Shown one piece after another: positions 43,045 through 54,200 of a stretch of 64,000 nt of DNA. The stretch is taken from positions 992,001 through 1,056,000 of the forward strand of contig JBLWGC010000104.1 in NCBI GenBank assembly GCA_048772705.1. Reading direction: 5' to 3'. The position numbers and the translations under genes were made by a program. The DNA is from Leidyana gryllorum EB-2025a (lineage: Eukaryota; Protista; Apicomplexa). The stretch's first letter is position 1, and each line of letters opens with the position of its first letter. The notes under the pieces were generated by a model. That model was not told the DNA's origin, searched no databases, and saw nothing but the letters and a program-made list of their open reading frames with translations.

Positions 43045-45993
43045 ATGTCAGCCGTGCGCATTCATCGCAGACGGTCTGCGCCGTCACATCGAGGCACCCG
43101 ATCGTCATGGTCAGCGCTTATCGCATATCACTTGAGCAGCGGGCCAACACCGTTTCTCTCAAATTTTGTCGTGGACACCTCGGAGGCAATTCCGCTAGGG
43201 CGGAAGCGCAAGTCGTCAACTGGTCCACTTGAAAGCGCGGTTCCGAGTACCAGTGCTTTCCCGGATAACGCCGCGATTCGCGACTGTGATCATTTGATCG
43301 ACTTCCGGACCAATGAACTACCAATTATCGATTATCAACCCAAGCGAACATGCTTTGAGGACGACATGATGCAGGACGCATGGTTTCCGACGGTTGTGTC
43401 CACCAACAACTCGATGATGGAGCCGTTACCAGAGGGTCAAAGTCCAACCTATTTCGATCTGGACCGCTGGGACGGAGCTCAGGCAGCCTCCAGCTCACAT
43501 CATTTCGATACCGTGGCAGACCCCCAGCAGCAGCCCTTCGCAGAGTTCTCTACGATGGTTGAAGATCATCGAGAGACCAATTTCGATCTTCTGGAGTCCT
43601 TCACAGTCCCGGAGTCCGAGGTAGATTTTTTGAAGACCGTTGAAGATTATCTAGGGACGGATGTAGATGTTCCGGAGTCCAGTGGAGCTCCCCAGGAAGT
43701 CTCAACGACTCGTCAGACTTTTGACATCGAAAAGACAGGTTCAAGAGCAGATGCAGGAGAGGGTGGGGATCTGCGTAAGTGGCTGAAGCAAGACTTTGGA
43801 GGACAAATTGAGAACGAGATGGTGTGGTCCTGGGTTCTGCAGGTGCCATACAACAAACATTTGGATCATATTTTGTCGGCTCTCAGAGCTCAAGCAAAGA
43901 GGGCAGCACATACCAAAGATTTTATCGAACAGCTGATTGCAACAGAAGCGGTGCTTCGGACGGAAAACCCCGATTTTGCACTTTTCAAGGACACAGCTCG
44001 GACGCTGTATGTGAGGGCGGGGAGGTGCAATAAATGGTTGGCAGCCACCTGCCAGTACTATTTGCAGGAGGTCTTCATACAGAACCGCTATCTGACTATC
44101 AAACCACAAAAGGACAGAATCGCTGCCCTTCTGGGTGGAGATACTATTGGCTCCGCCGGCTTCCCGCACCCGATCAAGCTGATGAGGAGAGGAGGCAAAG
44201 GCTACTTGGTGATGTGCTACAAGACGGCACACGCGAGAGATGACCTGATGCTCATTCACCCGTTGGCAGACGAACATCTTGACATCTGGGAGGGGTACGA
44301 GTTGAATGGCACGATTGAATACATCAATCCCGCGTGCTGGAGCCACACTCTCCTTCTAGAGACCTTCGACGATATCGAGAAACGCTGGCAACTCCTTCAC
44401 AAAGGGGGACCCCTAGACGAGAGCCTCAAAGTAATGTGCTGCCAACCCCTCGAGTCTCTCGTGGAGATGTGCTTCGAGTACCTCAGGAAATGGGAGGTCG
44501 CGAATGCTAAGATACTGTCCCATTTATATGAAATCTGGGCTGAGGAGTCGAAGAGGTCCATCAAGAATCTCAAAACGTTTGCCAACCTTGTTACTCGCCT
44601 CGTTGGTCTGAATGCGTACTTGCGGACACCAAGCATTGCGAGCCCACCCCCGAAATACAAAGCAAGTGTGCTGAAACTTGTGAAAACAAATTACCCCGAG
44701 ATTACAGATGCGGTGCGGGAGTGGCTCGATGGTGGGTTTCCTATACTTAGTTCGCGGAGGCCTAGAACAACACCAAGTGGCGCTAAAATCTTGCCCATAT
44801 GCGCTCAGACGATTGCAAGGAGGAAGCCAGTGAAAGCTCGAAATGAGAAGAATGTGGGAACATCAAACGTTGGTGCAGTCGTCCACAAGAAGCACACTAA
44901 AGAGGATATTTTCCCGCCACTACTATTCCAGTGGTTTTCGAAGTCGGACAAGTGTCGCGAGACCCAGAACTGGATGACGGGTGTCAGCCGCGACCCAGCC
45001 GCGCGCCCAGTCTTGACGACGCTGCAAGCCTGGACAGAGAGGCATCGAGCTCGGGAGAGTGGCACGACAACTTTGCTGAATAAGATCTTGTCTGCCATGA
45101 GAGCGGTCCTCGGAAAGTGCGAAATGAACGCATCGTATTTTGCAACTTTCAGAAATCGGGCAGTGCGACTGTTGACGACCGCCGCCCTTCTCAAAGACGA
45201 CGATGTCATGTTCGCTTGCTGGCAATATGTCAATCACGTGTTTCAGTCGGCCGATTATCTTACCTTCACGAACGAGGCTGTTTGTCCAGCAGTCCTGGGA
45301 CCAGCCAAACAGGGGTCTGTAGCTCAGAAGAAGGAAATGGTACTAAGACTCGTGAAACGCAATGGTACCGGATATGCGGTCACCCGCCTGTGCCTCACGT
45401 ATGGAGGTTCTCGGGGGGATGATTACGTCTTAGTAAAGAAGCTGAACCCCGTCGAATTGGAGATGTGGGACGGTTTCGATGTTCCGGACGGGAGTGTGGA
45501 GTACTGTCCCTGGTATACCACAGGCAGAGCTCTAGCAATGTTGACTTTCGACCAAATCCAGAGAATCCACAAGGTGAAGAACCGCAATGAGTGGAAGGCG
45601 AGTTTGGTACGCTTGGATGCCCACGACTCAACAGAGTCTCTGAAAAATGCGACAGATTATGGGTTGGCATATCTGGCGAAGTGGCAGTCCAACAATACAC
45701 TTGTCGCCGCTCTCAATGAGTTGAAAAACCATTGCAGGAGGCCCAAAGATGAGCTGGCTTTCGCTGCATATGTCAAGAGCCTGTGTCGCCTGAATAATAA
45801 GCTACGTACCACAGCTGTGGTCACACCGCGGACTAAGGCTATGCGGCATGTGCGCGCAAGCTTAAACAACACTGGTCTAAAGCCCCATGAGCCAGTCAGC
45901 ATTGTCGACGCCTGGTTTTCACAGACACCGATGAACGCTGTTAGGCAGAACCATTCTTTTTTTGATGAGATCTGCACAGACAGAAACATATAG
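43045..45993 (+). CDS. Unknown 982-aa protein: acidic disordered N-terminus plus two diverged copies of a ~320-aa domain
   Basis: Uninterrupted ORF with visible internal homology between 43771-44727 and ~44918-45918. The start codon is uncertain. Confidence 0.8.
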   Translation: MSAVRIHRRRSAPSHRGTRSSWSALIAYHLSSGPTPFLSNFVVDTSEAIPLGRKRKSSTGPLESAVPSTSAFPDNAAIRDCDHLIDFRTNELPIIDYQPKRTCFEDDMMQDAWFPTVVSTNNSMMEPLPEGQSPTYFDLDRWDGAQAASSSHHFDTVADPQQQPFAEFSTMVEDHRETNFDLLESFTVPESEVDFLKTVEDYLGTDVDVPESSGAPQEVSTTRQTFDIEKTGSRADAGEGGDLRKWLKQDFGGQIENEMVWSWVLQVPYNKHLDHILSALRAQAKRAAHTKDFIEQLIATEAVLRTENPDFALFKDTARTLYVRAGRCNKWLAATCQYYLQEVFIQNRYLTIKPQKDRIAALLGGDTIGSAGFPHPIKLMRRGGKGYLVMCYKTAHARDDLMLIHPLADEHLDIWEGYELNGTIEYINPACWSHTLLLETFDDIEKRWQLLHKGGPLDESLKVMCCQPLESLVEMCFEYLRKWEVANAKILSHLYEIWAEESKRSIKNLKTFANLVTRLVGLNAYLRTPSIASPPPKYKASVLKLVKTNYPEITDAVREWLDGGFPILSSRRPRTTPSGAKILPICAQTIARRKPVKARNEKNVGTSNVGAVVHKKHTKEDIFPPLLFQWFSKSDKCRETQNWMTGVSRDPAARPVLTTLQAWTERHRARESGTTTLLNKILSAMRAVLGKCEMNASYFATFRNRAVRLLTTAALLKDDDVMFACWQYVNHVFQSADYLTFTNEAVCPAVLGPAKQGSVAQKKEMVLRLVKRNGTGYAVTRLCLTYGGSRGDDYVLVKKLNPVELEMWDGFDVPDGSVEYCPWYTTGRALAMLTFDQIQRIHKVKNRNEWKASLVRLDAHDSTESLKNATDYGLAYLAKWQSNNTLVAALNELKNHCRRPKDELAFAAYVKSLCRLNNKLRTTAVVTPRTKAMRHVRASLNNTGLKPHEPVSIVDAWFSQTPMNAVRQNHSFFDEICTDRNI

Positions 45994-46265
45994 TATTGAT
46001 CTGAGCGTGACCGCATCCACTTTCTTGGACACTCAATTGGGCTATCTGGGCTCAGTGAGTAGTGGTACACCCTTGTCAGACAACAACAGTCTCTTATGAA
46101 AGTTGTAGAATTATTGTCGTAGCAATACAGAAGTGCAGAGGCACCCTCTAGACCGTCAACAAACACACTCCCAGGATACTTTCATCACTGGGATGGGGAG
46201 TGAGGCATAAATGTGTTGACCCTCCGTGCACGTGTCTCCCGTCACTGTGATCACACACATACACT

Positions 46266-48187
46266 ATGGGGCAAGAAGAGTCCGTTCCAACTCGGTCAGA
46301 GAAACGATTGGCCAAAGGACGCAAGAAGAGGCTCAACCCACGGGATGGTGACTCGAGCTCTGATGACACGACTCCTCCCAACACTGACTCGGTAAAATCG
46401 TAGACCCACCCGTCTGCCACTCCCCACTTTCTCCGCAGATTTTTGCCCTGGCTCAAGTGAAGGATCACATCAACCCAATCTATGCTCAGAAGCGTGCTGC
46501 CAATGATGAAGGAGTACAGGCAGCCGAACTGGCTGGCACAGTAAATCTGGTCGACGTTCTCCGAAAACGAGACGAAAACACCCAGCTCGAGACATATTCC
46601 AGCAGCGAGAAGGCATCGGAATTGAGCTCCGACTCGGGAGACGAAGGCGAAAGAGGAAAGTACCACCGAGAAGTCGAGTTCCGAAAGGTAAGCATACACA
46701 TTCATTGTGTCACGAGGCACCCCTCTGCACCCATACAGGTTGACAGCGAAGATATTGGCCATGCTGACAATCATCGCGTTCTCATACGCGGAAAGGCCGA
46801 ACTTGGAAAGGAACTGAGCGTTACCGACCTGTCTCCTTGGGCTGCCATACATCCACCGGAACGCTACGAGTGGCTTGCCAGCACAAGACCAGGAGAAATG
46901 GATATCTTCGAACAAGTGCCGTTCGCTACCAACTCCAAAACCACCATCCCAAATAGATTGGTCGGAAAATACGTCCGTCTGGTGGTCACACGCACAGTCA
47001 AAGACGAAACTCACGGAAAGAAGTTCCAGGCAGGTCAGATCGACACCAGCGATCCTCATGTGCGAGAGGGAAAGGGCAATGTACTGCCTACCAGGCTAGT
47101 TGAGGTCAAGAGTATTGCTCAAATTGGGTAAGTAGCGCATATTGATCCCGTAGATGACTCACACCAGGCCAGTGAAGATGCCGACAGACTTGGCTGGGGT
47201 ATTTCTCGACTTGTTCGCTGGGGGGTCTCAAAAGACGTTCCTCAAAAGCTTCAATCAGTCCTTTACTATTACCACCACCTCGACCTTGCGAAAAGTCACA
47301 CGCAGTATGTATGACGAGGATTCTCAAGCCAATGCGGATTACATACGATCGGTAAGTCGACCTCACCACGTGTCCAATGTGTTACACATCTCTCGTGTGT
47401 TACACATCCCTCTCGTGTGCAAAAGCGGCACACAGGTAACTTGACACTATGATGTGGTGATGCTTCGTGACGTGTCGGGACGATTAACATTCTGCGTTTC
47501 AGAATTTCCTGGCGGTTCAGTGCCACATATCCAAACGCTTAGGTGAGTCACCACTGACTCGCGACAACGTACGTTGAGCAGACCGGTTTGAACTGCACAC
47601 GAGAGACAAAGACTGGATCTATGAACATTTGACGGGGAAGAATCAGTATTATCTGTGGCTACCCGACTTCAAAAAGGACTTTGAGGACGCTGAAGGGAAT
47701 AGAAAGAGTCGCAATTGGGATATTTACGAGTTTCCTGTGGAAAGGGTAGATGTGACCATGGGTTACAGCGACGAGACGCTTCCATATCCGTACATAGCAT
47801 TGAGACCACATTTGGAGGGGAATATAGACCGAGCAGCTGCATCGGCTCAGACTAAACCTCTATTGATATGCTCAGATAAGATGAACGAAGAAGAGTTGGC
47901 GGAGGCATGGCAAGATGAACAAAGCATCTTCGACACCTTTATATTGATGAACATGTTACAGGCTCGGCGATATGGCCGCCGACTGGGAGAACAGGGAATG
48001 TTTCCGAGGGTGAGTGGGTATGAGGACTGGGATCGAAATTGCAGTGTAGACAACACCAGATTGGGTAGCAGCGAGCGAACAGGGACGAACCGACTTGGTG
48101 CAGGATTTGCTACAGACGTGGCTCGAAGGTAGGTACAGTCAACACTACTACTACTAAAGGTCTAATGCGCTTCACAGAGCGATCTAA
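46266..48187 (+). CDS. Hypothetical multi-exon protein, possibly Ig-like (AIR9/SCAB type) plus PH-like region
   Basis: ATG at 46266; introns 46392-46438, 46688-46738 and 48129-48177, with others between. Contains VLIRGKAELGKELSV..YEWL..FEQVPFAT..LVGKYVRLVV..IGPV. Confidence 0.6.
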
Positions 48188-48249
48188 ACTCGGAGCCATC
48201 GACGAGCGACACGCTGGTCACGGCTCATAGAGTTGTGCGAATCGAAAAG

Positions 48250-51200
48250 ATGGAGGAGGTCAGTTTGGTAATGGGGTGGTTGAAGGGTTTTCTGGGTACA
48301 TTGGGTCGCACTACAGGTCGATGCTTCAGCTCGTTAATTCATGTCTCCACTGGCGGACTGGTACAGTGCGAGGGCCCCGTTTATGTGGGCTTCACCTCGG
48401 TGCATTTTCCCCGAGTCGTTCTGAAAAGCGACACTCTGCGAGAATTGACTAAAGTCACTTTGTATCCAGCGACTGCTACACAAGTCGAGCTGGAAGATGT
48501 TCGAGTGGAGCTACGCGGCGTTCCATCCCTTCTTTACGCTGGCGTTGGGAAAATACGGCTTCATTTGGATCTTTGTGACCCGCTGCTGGTTGCGGATCGC
48601 GATCACCTGGACGCAATCAAACAGAGTCGTCGACTGAATGGGCTACGAGACATTGCTGCAAACGCTTACCGCTCAGCGCAGCAACAAACTCCGAGCGCTT
48701 TCCGTACTGTCGGGACTGCGCTATGGACGAGTCTTCAGCCCTACGTGATGACAGTGGCCGAGCGAGTATTCACCGGTATCAATTTCTACTTGGGATCGCT
48801 GGATTTCCAGCTCACTGGATATCCGGCTTTCAACGGTGAATTTAGGATGGGAGGCCTCGATATCAGGGCGGTGTATCCCAAGCTCGCGTCTGCTGAGCCC
48901 GACCAGGGCGTCGCTAGTCTCGCCTTGGAGACGATGCAGATCTACATTGACAATGTCCAAATGTTCGAGACAATCAAATCGAGTGCGGTCGTCAATCGCC
49001 CCCAACATCAAGTCTATGCCGTAGACTTTCTCATCGGTCAGACCGAAGTCCAATTCACTGCCTCGATGTTCCAGTAAGCCCATGTCGGGAAGTCAACGGC
49101 ATCCGATCTGGTTTTTTTCTGCAGGTCGATTGCTACAACGCATCGAGCCATCAATGCCGCACTCTGGGAGGTCGAGTTGCACACTCTCATCGCTGACAAT
49201 CACCGCCAATTGATTGGAGGCACGGACCTTTCGTCTGCACAAACACCATGGGATTCCGTGAAACTCAAGTTGGCCCTGATGAGCCATTACTGCGACACCA
49301 GATTGAATAATGCCGCTCGTCGTGTGTTGAAGTGTCCACTGATCCCCCCCTCTTACAATTGGAGTTCAGTCCTCCCACAGAAAGAACAGTTGATTAAAAT
49401 GGTGAGTGTGAGAGTGTTGGTATCCCCAGATCTCGAATAGGTCGCGGCTCGCGTGTGGGCTCTAGAAGAGTGCCGTAAGATGATAGAAGTTTATATCAAC
49501 ATGGGGAATTCAAGCATATTCTCAATCATTAATGCTTTGTTGACCGAAGATATGTTCGTCAATGCCGTCTATGAACATCTTTCGATCGACGATGTTATGA
49601 GTCTCATAACTGGGGCTTTACGGGAATCTCAGTCTGAGCTCCCGTCTCCTGAGTCTGTAGAAGAGGTCTTTGAAGACCCACAATCTCCACAGGCACTCTG
49701 CATCGGCGACTATATGCCAACAATACAGGTCGCAATAGCGAGTCATGGACGCATCCCCATGGAGATCTCTATGAACGCTATCGATTCCGATTTTGCAATC
49801 GAAGGTTTTCGGTTAACATGGGATAGCTCACTATCTAAAGCGACATTGGACTTCGAAAAGGTCACTCTGGCGCTTTATCAGCCCGCGCAATTAACCCCAC
49901 TGTCACACTTATCATTTGCGCTTCGCCAAGGATCTATATCTGAACCTTATTGGTATCGTCGCGCGTCGCGCATGTCTCCTGCTCCACTCGACAGCCCCTT
50001 GAACGTTTCACCTACTGAAGAAACGCAACGGGCCATGGCGTTACTGACCGTTGGTTCGTCGTCCATCAGTGTCTTCCGCTCGGCTCTGGAAGTATGGGGA
50101 CTGTCCACATACCTATTCATTGATCCGCCAACTATCTTTAGAGCCATACCGCTTCTGGACATTCCTACTGTCAGTGCAGAAGCACCACCAGCGCCTCCCA
50201 CTCTCGACACGTACCGGTCGGAAGCGGGTAATAAGCTGCTGACTACAATAGACCAGTGGCCTGCGGAGACCAAATACAGTGTCCGATTTGTGGAAGGCTA
50301 TGGCCCTTCCATATCGATCGTTGCATCATCGCGGGCGAGCTTGTACGCTCAGAAACAGCTCATATACAATGTAGAATCGTCACCCATGATGTACCTCAAG
50401 GCGGCAATTAGGGGAAGCATTCAATCCAAGACGATACGTCCCCCCTTCCAGGCAGAGGATTGCGCTCGCCGCAGTAACTTACTCTTAGATCAGAAAGTTG
50501 ACTTTGAAGTGAAGAGCATCACCTTCTTCGCAGCAGAGATCAACACCGCCAGTACGCTCTTCATTTCTTCCGTATGTGCGCAAAGAGCAGTCCGATGGAC
50601 CACCCTCTGTGACTTTCTGGACTCCCTACATTCCTTCTCTCCGGCGTCGAGTCCGTTAAGACGGGGAGATTTGGAGGAGAAGCACATCTTGAAGGCTCTC
50701 TGTCACCACGACGACTACGAAGCTCGCAATCCTGGCTGTTTGCCAATCATCGGACCCGTGACATTGGGACTGAGTGGTTGTTCCTACTCTCAATATCTTC
50801 TTGAAGCCAAAGCCCCCACTCCCAACATAGGAATACGTCTAAGACTGCAGTGTATTGACCGAGAAGAACTTCGTACACTATGGGAGAGGAAACATCGATC
50901 TTTCCAGGTCAAGTTCCTCAACCCACATACAGACGTCTGCCTCAATTTCCACTCGCTCTTGATTCTCACCAGATGGGCCAGAGCCTTAGCATCAACGACG
51001 CCAGACCTCCACAGCGGTGATTCAGATCGACCAACCATCATGGAGAAGGCCTCTTGTGATCCCGGGTGCGCAGCAACGTACCATGATAAACGGGTGAAAC
51101 TCACCAGTGGCCTGGATATGACCTTACAACTCGAGAGTGGCTTCGTAACGGTTGAGCTGGCCAACTGTCCGGTCCCTCTCAATGACCAGTCCCCATCTCC

Positions 51201-54200
51201 CATAGACCCGTCAAGCAAAACCAGAACCCTGCAAGTCGCCATCTCAGCTCTCAAAGTCGGTGTCACAATGCTTACAGATGGTGCTGTGGAAGCGAAGTGC
51301 GAAGTTCCGGACGTATTGGTTCAAACTTGGAACGAGACTGAGCGATTCGTTATCGTTCGGACACCGCGAACCACAGAACTATGCCAAAATGACGCATGGC
51401 GGTGTGCCTTCCGGGGTCATCCGCTCCAAGACTATGATGACGTACAATGTTGCCAAGCATCGGCGTACGATGTGGGTGTGCAAGACTCTCCAGATGACTA
51501 CTACGACCGAACTGCTGGGAGCAATCCAATGCTACCATTTCTGGATGTCAGTGTGCTGATGAAGAAGAATAGTCCGATTAGTGTTAGTATCTCTCTCTAC
51601 CGCGCTTTGGAGGTGTTCTGGGACAGGGCGAGTGTGGCAGCTCTCAAGACCTTCGTGGCATCGTTCACAGCGGTCACCTTATCTGAGGAGGGTACAGAAG
51701 CTTTACACTTACTGTTGGAGTCTATCAGCAGCGGCTCAATAGATGGGGACAGCTATCTCGGGAATCCGAGTCGTGCCAGCGCTTGGGGCGACTTTGTCGG
51801 CGAGCTCGTGTCGAACCCGAGCCCCTCGCAGTATGAGGGACCCCTGAGCGTAGCCCTCGATGTTGCGATCAAGGCTCCGGTTCGCGTTTGGATGTACTCT
51901 CAAGGGTCCAAGGCTTTCATGGCACAATTCAGTCACTTGGGATTGTCCCTGGGCATGCGTGAAGATCAGGCTTTGATGGCGATTAAAGGTAATCTTGGAC
52001 CTCTACAGTGTCTGGACGCCCGTCACGGACCCAAGCTCCGATGGCTACTGAGCCCTCTGGAGGGTGTGGAAGAATCTGCATCGGTATCGTTCGACGTAGA
52101 CCTGCTGAACCATGCTGTGATCTACTCGGATGACACAGTCACGGACCCTGGGGTGTACGTGGATGCTCGTGTTGGTCCCTGTCACGTAAACTTTGCGCTC
52201 TATGATGTGCTTAGCTTGTGGAATACCTTCTTGTCCGAGGTGCTGGGGGCCATAACCAGTCGACCGAACATTCTATTGAAAGTGGACGAAGCCGAAGCCC
52301 GTATTGCTGCCTCTGCTTTCCTCAATTCGAGTCTGGCTGACCGAATCTTCTTGGACAATGTGGCTGGTCTCCATCCCAGTGATCTCAAATCCCTCTACCT
52401 TTCGATCTTGTGGCTAACCCGCCCAACATCTCTATTTCTAGAAGACGCTGTCCGTAAGTTGTCGTTTGCTCGCTTGTCTTCACCCATCCATTGGCAGTAC
52501 AAAACTTCTTGTATCTCTTCGTAACGGGTCTCCGCGAGATTGGCCTGGCTCCAATCACCCCTCGAATGGCCGAGAAATTACGAGATTGGGGGCGGACTCT
52601 CTGTGGCACTAAAGTGTTTGGCAAGACATCGTGCGCAGCTCGGCTGGTGGGATTGATAGCCGACATCCCGAGTTGTCCTGGCGAGATCGGACTCGATTAC
52701 GACCACTTCCGACTACGAATCGGGAATCTGGTCATCTCGAATATTCCCGGCTACCTCAAATCACGGCTGAGTCAAGAGCTGCTGCCTTATGAGGCTGCGG
52801 TTTCTCTGGCTCCAGACATCATCGGGTAAGAGTCGACTGACTTCTGTCTCTCTGACCTTTCTTTGCCCGCTGGACAGTCGTGGAGTGAGCCAAAATGCTG
52901 AGAAAGCGGATCGATACACTCCATACGAGCACAGTCTCGTGATAGACAAATTAGATCAGCACTTTGACGTCCAAGGAGACATCGCAGAATGGGAAGAGGC
53001 CCATCATCATCCGGACTCCTATGCTGGATCAACGTACCATCGGTGCTTTGGATATTTCGAGTACTTTGCATTCATTCTCCGAGCCTTCAGCTTCACCTTC
53101 CGCTCGGGCGGTCGCGACACGATGTACGGACTGAACAATCTGGATGTCTCGTGCTCTGTCAGTGACGCGATGGGCAATGTTAAGGATGTTCTGAAACCCC
53201 CCTTGATGATCCAAGCCACCTTATGGCCCGGTGCGAACGGATCGGACATTGCAGCGCGATTCGATCCGGCGGCACTCGAATGTTTGATGGGAGTTCTATT
53301 CCGGAACATCCTTGCTGCACCGAAGGAGGAGGCAACTCCGCTACCCCAGCCATCTGATATTGCTGATCGTATGGACATTCTCGTGGGGTTGGCCATGTCC
53401 CCGATCAAGATCGAATTTTACGAGGAGACTCTCAAAGTACCTTATCAGTTCAGGATTGAAGACATACAGGTAAGCCGGCCGATCCACTTTGAAGCTCACG
53501 ACGTTGACAGCTAGGCGTGATGCTGTACACCAAAGGCGGCCTGCAGCTGGGCGTAGATCTCAAGACGATCAGTGTCAGAGTTACAGGCGCGGATGACGAG
53601 CCCGATACTGTCGCAATAATGGGCTTGGGGGTGTCTCTGGACATGGGTCCAGCAAAAGCCGCCCTCACGCAGACAGAGAAACCCACCATGGCCCCCCTGG
53701 GTCACCACATGGTGCAGGGATGGCATTGCAAACCGATATCTTCACTTGCCGACATGGACACGTTGAAATTGACCAATTGCCAGCTCAAGTCGATCTCAGT
53801 GTCACTGAGTCCAATGACCGTCAATATGCCATTGGGGAGGATTAACCCGTTCGTAAATGTCTTGCTGGGGAGCATCATCCCGTCAGTACTGAAAGGAATG
53901 GGCGATCCTGAAGCCGAGGTTACAGTGAGCAAAGCCGCTGATCCTCCGTCCCTTTTGTGCGCTACCGTGGGAATGGAGGAATGCACGATACAGGCACACC
54001 ACGCCTCCGAGATGGAAGTGGGACTGGTGACGCCTCGAATGCAGTTGGACTTCACCTCGACGACCAACAATGCCCCACTTCCATCTCAGACCGTTGTCAA
54101 CTTTGCTTACCCAACCGACAACCACCCATCGCGTGCTTTGCACTTATCAACCGCACGGTACACCGACCCCACTTCGATAGCGCCCCCAGGCTTCGTCGTC

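Noticed and set aside
47378-47420. Two-copy ~19-nt duplication (tgtgttacacatc..tctcg)
   Set aside because: It lies in an intron and looks like simple slippage; no function is evident.
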